From the NCBI GenBank assembly GCA_048941015.1, contig JBHLNZ010000062.1, positions 1 to 18,710 of the forward strand: DNA of 18,710 nt, read 5' to 3'. How positions within the stretch are numbered: the stretch's first letter is position 1; every line of letters starts with the position of its first letter. The position numbers and the translations under genes are program-made. The stretch is from Promethearchaeota archaeon. Lineage in GTDB: Archaea; Asgardarchaeota; Lokiarchaeia; Sigyniarchaeales; SOKP01. The notes beneath the pieces were generated by a model that had not been told where the DNA came from, made no database searches, and worked only from the letters and a program-made list of their open reading frames with translations. Below are positions 15,968-18,710 of this stretch, piece after piece.

Positions 15968-17449
15968 ATGAAAATTTTAGCGATAGATATTGGGACTCAA
16001 AGTATAAGAGCCGCCATATTAAACCATACTGGTTCAATTTTATCAATTTCACAAGAAATACAAGAAATAAATAGTCCGTATCCGGGGTGGGCTCAACAGA
16101 AGCCAAAAATATGGTGGACTCTCACTAAAAAGGTAGTTTCTGATGTATTATTAAAATCAAAAGTTGATCGATCATCAATTAAAGCAATTTGTACATGTGG
16201 ACAGATGCATGGACCAGTAGGAATCGATAATAGAGGTAATATTACCACTGAATGGACTCAAATTTGGATGGATAAACGCTGTGAAGATATTTGTAAACAA
16301 TTAAGGAAAAATAACGACGAATCAGAGCTTGCAGAAAAAATAACTGGTAATCCAATAACATCAGGTTGGCTTGGTATTAAAGTTCGTTGGATAAAAGAAA
16401 ATCAGCCTGAAGTTTATAAAAAAACTCGTTACTTTTTAGTACCTAAAGATTTTATAAATTTTATGATTAGTAAAGTAGCAGCAACGGACCATAGTGAAGC
16501 TTCTGGGACCTATCTCTATGATTATAATATAGAAAATTATTCTTCAAAAATGGCAGATATAATTGATATTGATTTAGAAAAATTCGCACCAATTCATAAT
16601 TCATATGATATTATCGGAAATATTACTGAAGATTTCGCGAAAGAATTTTCCCTTTCTCCGGATACTCCAGTTCTAGCAGGGGGTGGAGATTTCCTCGTTT
16701 CTCTTCTGGGCTTAGGATTAATTAATGAAAAAATTGCGATTGATATGACTGGAACGAGTACCTTGTTTGTTATATATAAAGAACAACCAATTGTACAGCC
16801 TATGATTCAAAATCTTAGACATGTTATCAAAGGATGGGTACCCTTTACTATACTAGATTGCGGAGGATTAAGTATGAAATGGTTTAAAGATTTTTTAAAT
16901 TCAAGCGGAAAAGCAGAAATATCATTTGATGAAATTATCAAAATGGCTGAATCAATTCCAATTGGAAGTGATGGTTTGTTGTTTTACCCTTATATGCTTG
17001 GTGAACGTCGAAAAGAAAATAATTTAGCACGAGGTTGCTTTTTTGGAATTAATTTAAACCACACTATTGCAAATTTCGCTCGAGCAGTAATGGAGGGAGT
17101 TTCTTTAGCTCTAGGAAAAGATATACAAATTTTCAAAGAATTGGGTATTAATATTGAACATGTGATATGTGTTGGAGGAGCAACTAGAAATAAATTATTA
17201 TATCAAATAAAAAGTGATGTAATGCAAATTCCCCATATTTTAATGGGTGAACCTGAAGCGAGTCTTAGAGGTTGTGGCTTATTATCTGCTTATGGATTAG
17301 GCTTAATCAAAAACTTCGACAATTTAAATGATATAAATGAAATAAAAATTACCAAAATCCATCCTGATAAAACCGTAGCTGAAAAATATAATAACTTGTT
17401 AATAGAATTCAAAAAATTATATAGTCATTTACTAGGCTATTGGTCTTAA
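15968..17449 (+). CDS. FGGY-family carbohydrate kinase (xylulokinase-like)
   Basis: ILAIDIGTQS, PGWAQQ, GQMHG, WMDKR, PKDFI, TDHSEASGT, GGGD, GTS, PYMLGER, RAVMEGV, VGGA. ATG at 15968 with GGTG at 15955-15958 as RBS. Substrate is not certain. Confidence 0.9.
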   Translation: MKILAIDIGTQSIRAAILNHTGSILSISQEIQEINSPYPGWAQQKPKIWWTLTKKVVSDVLLKSKVDRSSIKAICTCGQMHGPVGIDNRGNITTEWTQIWMDKRCEDICKQLRKNNDESELAEKITGNPITSGWLGIKVRWIKENQPEVYKKTRYFLVPKDFINFMISKVAATDHSEASGTYLYDYNIENYSSKMADIIDIDLEKFAPIHNSYDIIGNITEDFAKEFSLSPDTPVLAGGGDFLVSLLGLGLINEKIAIDMTGTSTLFVIYKEQPIVQPMIQNLRHVIKGWVPFTILDCGGLSMKWFKDFLNSSGKAEISFDEIIKMAESIPIGSDGLLFYPYMLGERRKENNLARGCFFGINLNHTIANFARAVMEGVSLALGKDIQIFKELGINIEHVICVGGATRNKLLYQIKSDVMQIPHILMGEPEASLRGCGLLSAYGLGLIKNFDNLNDINEIKITKIHPDKTVAEKYNNLLIEFKKLYSHLLGYWS

Positions 17450-17451
17450 TT

Positions 17452-17460
17452 AAAAAAAAA
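17452..17460 (-). terminator. Putative oligo-T terminator for the C13 peptidase gene
   Basis: A9 on + (T9 on -) about 25 nt downstream of the stop at 17486, in the convergent gap. Confidence 0.35.
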
Positions 17461-17485
17461 GAATAATAAAAGATTTAATTTCTCT

Positions 17486-18709
17486 TTATAAAGGTGGCAC
17501 ACTGTTAAAGCTAAATGTGTTTATTATGCCCATATTATCATGTATCAATGGTGATTGAATCATTAATACATTCCGTGGTGGTGGAGGTAAGCTAGGGAAA
17601 TAATTTAAAGCAAAGTTAAATGCAGCGTTTATTGTTTGACCATAATTTAACTGTTCCCAAAACCAATGAAAGAACCATGAACCCGCAAAACCATCAGGAT
17701 TTTGACTATTTACCCAATACCATGAAAAAACATTTGAAGCAGCACTTATCATAATACAATTAGGGATATTATACCAACTCGATCCGATATTCTGGTTTTC
17801 ATTTAAAAAATTTCCACTAAAGCAAGAGTCAACATTGATCATCATGCGAGCACATTCAATTTTTTTTACCAGATTGAAAAATTCAAATTCGGTTATCCAA
17901 CTATTATCTGCCTCAAAATGAAAGGTCGCATTACCATCACCAAGTATTTTATTTGATCCATGATCACACATAAAGATTATAAAGTAGTCATTTGGTTTTA
18001 CCTTAGATGCAAATGAACCAGAAACGGACACATTCAATTCTTCCTTAAATCTTGCTGCAGTCACACTGTTATTAGCAACATCTATTATTGCTGGTTCTGT
18101 ACCATGGATTAGATCGTTTGGATATGCATCAGAAGCGTTAATGTCAATGATACCATCAACATCATTTTTATAATAAAGCATGAGAAAGATGTTATCATCA
18201 GTATAGCCGTGATTTTTCAAGACCCAATAAACTTGGAGTGCTTGGGCTGGAAAACCATCAGAGTCCTTTTTTACTGTTGTTGGAGGAGGTTGTGTTGGAT
18301 TAGTTACATTTACCGATATTAGGCGATCCATAATTACATCATCATAATACATATGATCAGATGCACCACCTGCAAAAATTCCTTCTACTGCTAATACTAG
18401 TTTAAGATCAATTATTTCATTATTCGTTTCATTATTACAGAAACCGACCACATTAATTTCAAACCAATTATTTAATGATGAATTATGACTGTTAGACCAA
18501 TCTAATCTAACTGTCCCTCCAGTTGAATTTATCCATTGTAATCCAATTCGCACACCGCTACCTTGTATTGGACTGTCACTGTCAATAAATACTTTTGTTG
18601 ACATATTATATAAAGCATATTCATATAAAAATTGAAATTTTGACCAATTATATGAAAAATTAGCTATGATTAAATTATCATCTAAAGGTTGGATGAAAAT
18701 CGATTGATT
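17486..18709 (-). CDS. C13 (legumain/GPI8-like, caspase-fold) cysteine peptidase with an upstream jelly-roll-like domain; 5' end lies outside the window
   Basis: His-Cys dyad in IFMCDHGS and INVDSCFSG; QVYWVLKNHGYTDDNIFLM resembles legumain helix 1. The frame stays open beyond ATG 18604 to the window edge (NQSIFIQPLDDNLIIANFSYNWSKFQFLYEYALYN-MSTK). Confidence 0.82.
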   Translation of the reverse strand, partial: NQSIFIQPLDDNLIIANFSYNWSKFQFLYEYALYNMSTKVFIDSDSPIQGSGVRIGLQWINSTGGTVRLDWSNSHNSSLNNWFEINVVGFCNNETNNEIIDLKLVLAVEGIFAGGASDHMYYDDVIMDRLISVNVTNPTQPPPTTVKKDSDGFPAQALQVYWVLKNHGYTDDNIFLMLYYKNDVDGIIDINASDAYPNDLIHGTEPAIIDVANNSVTAARFKEELNVSVSGSFASKVKPNDYFIIFMCDHGSNKILGDGNATFHFEADNSWITEFEFFNLVKKIECARMMINVDSCFSGNFLNENQNIGSSWYNIPNCIMISAASNVFSWYWVNSQNPDGFAGSWFFHWFWEQLNYGQTINAAFNFALNYFPSLPPPPRNVLMIQSPLIHDNMGIINTFSFNSVPPL

Positions 18710-18710
18710 T

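Noticed and set aside
5632-16106. Other short ORFs (5632-5889, 8531-8719, 10782-10997, 13051-13233, 15915-16106)
   Set aside because: All lie antisense to well-supported genes and show no motifs.
5145-18709. M28 peptidase + C13 peptidase as a proto-GPI-transamidase (GPAA1 + PIG-K)
   Set aside because: The genes are ~11 kb apart. The M28 has a full catalytic motif set and internal TM hairpins, unlike GPAA1 architecture, and the likely topologies are opposite.
1-18710. tRNA/rRNA/SRP RNA, CRISPR arrays, IS elements, tandem repeats
   Set aside because: No GC-rich structured intergenic stretch, regularly spaced repeats, transposase/integrase ORFs or terminal inverted repeats were seen by eye.

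Overview
Very AT-rich (by eye roughly 25-30% GC), gene-dense archaeal chromosomal segment. It is most consistent with an Asgard archaeon of the Lokiarchaeia type; this is inferred from the archaeal informational genes, low GC, histone type and eukaryote-like domain architectures. There are 14 supportable CDSs: srp19, hypA, rps8e, a proteasome beta subunit, a JAMM/MPN+ metalloprotease, a wHTH-DUF4443-like protein, an adaptin/coatomer-appendage-like Zn-ribbon protein, a histone, a membrane M28 peptidase, a B12-binding radical SAM enzyme, a 4-TM protein with a bacterial PH-like domain, a Hef/FANCM-like helicase, a 1470-aa C-terminally membrane-anchored coiled-coil protein and an FGGY (xylulokinase-like) kinase. 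A fifteenth, a C13/caspase-fold peptidase, runs off the right edge. I saw no RNA genes, mobile elements or CRISPR arrays. Highlights: (1) the giant protein combines a degenerate prenyltransferase-beta-like head, several PCI-like winged helices, long coiled coils and a 2-TM tail; (2) a stand-alone coat-appendage-like protein; (3) the JAMM gene needs a non-canonical (probably ATT) start to include its catalytic Glu; (4) the Hef helicase has no ERCC4 nuclease and ends in an MCM-type winged helix; (5) the secreted-looking legumain/GPI8-like protease carries a jelly-roll domain. All domain calls come from motif recognition by eye, not database searches.
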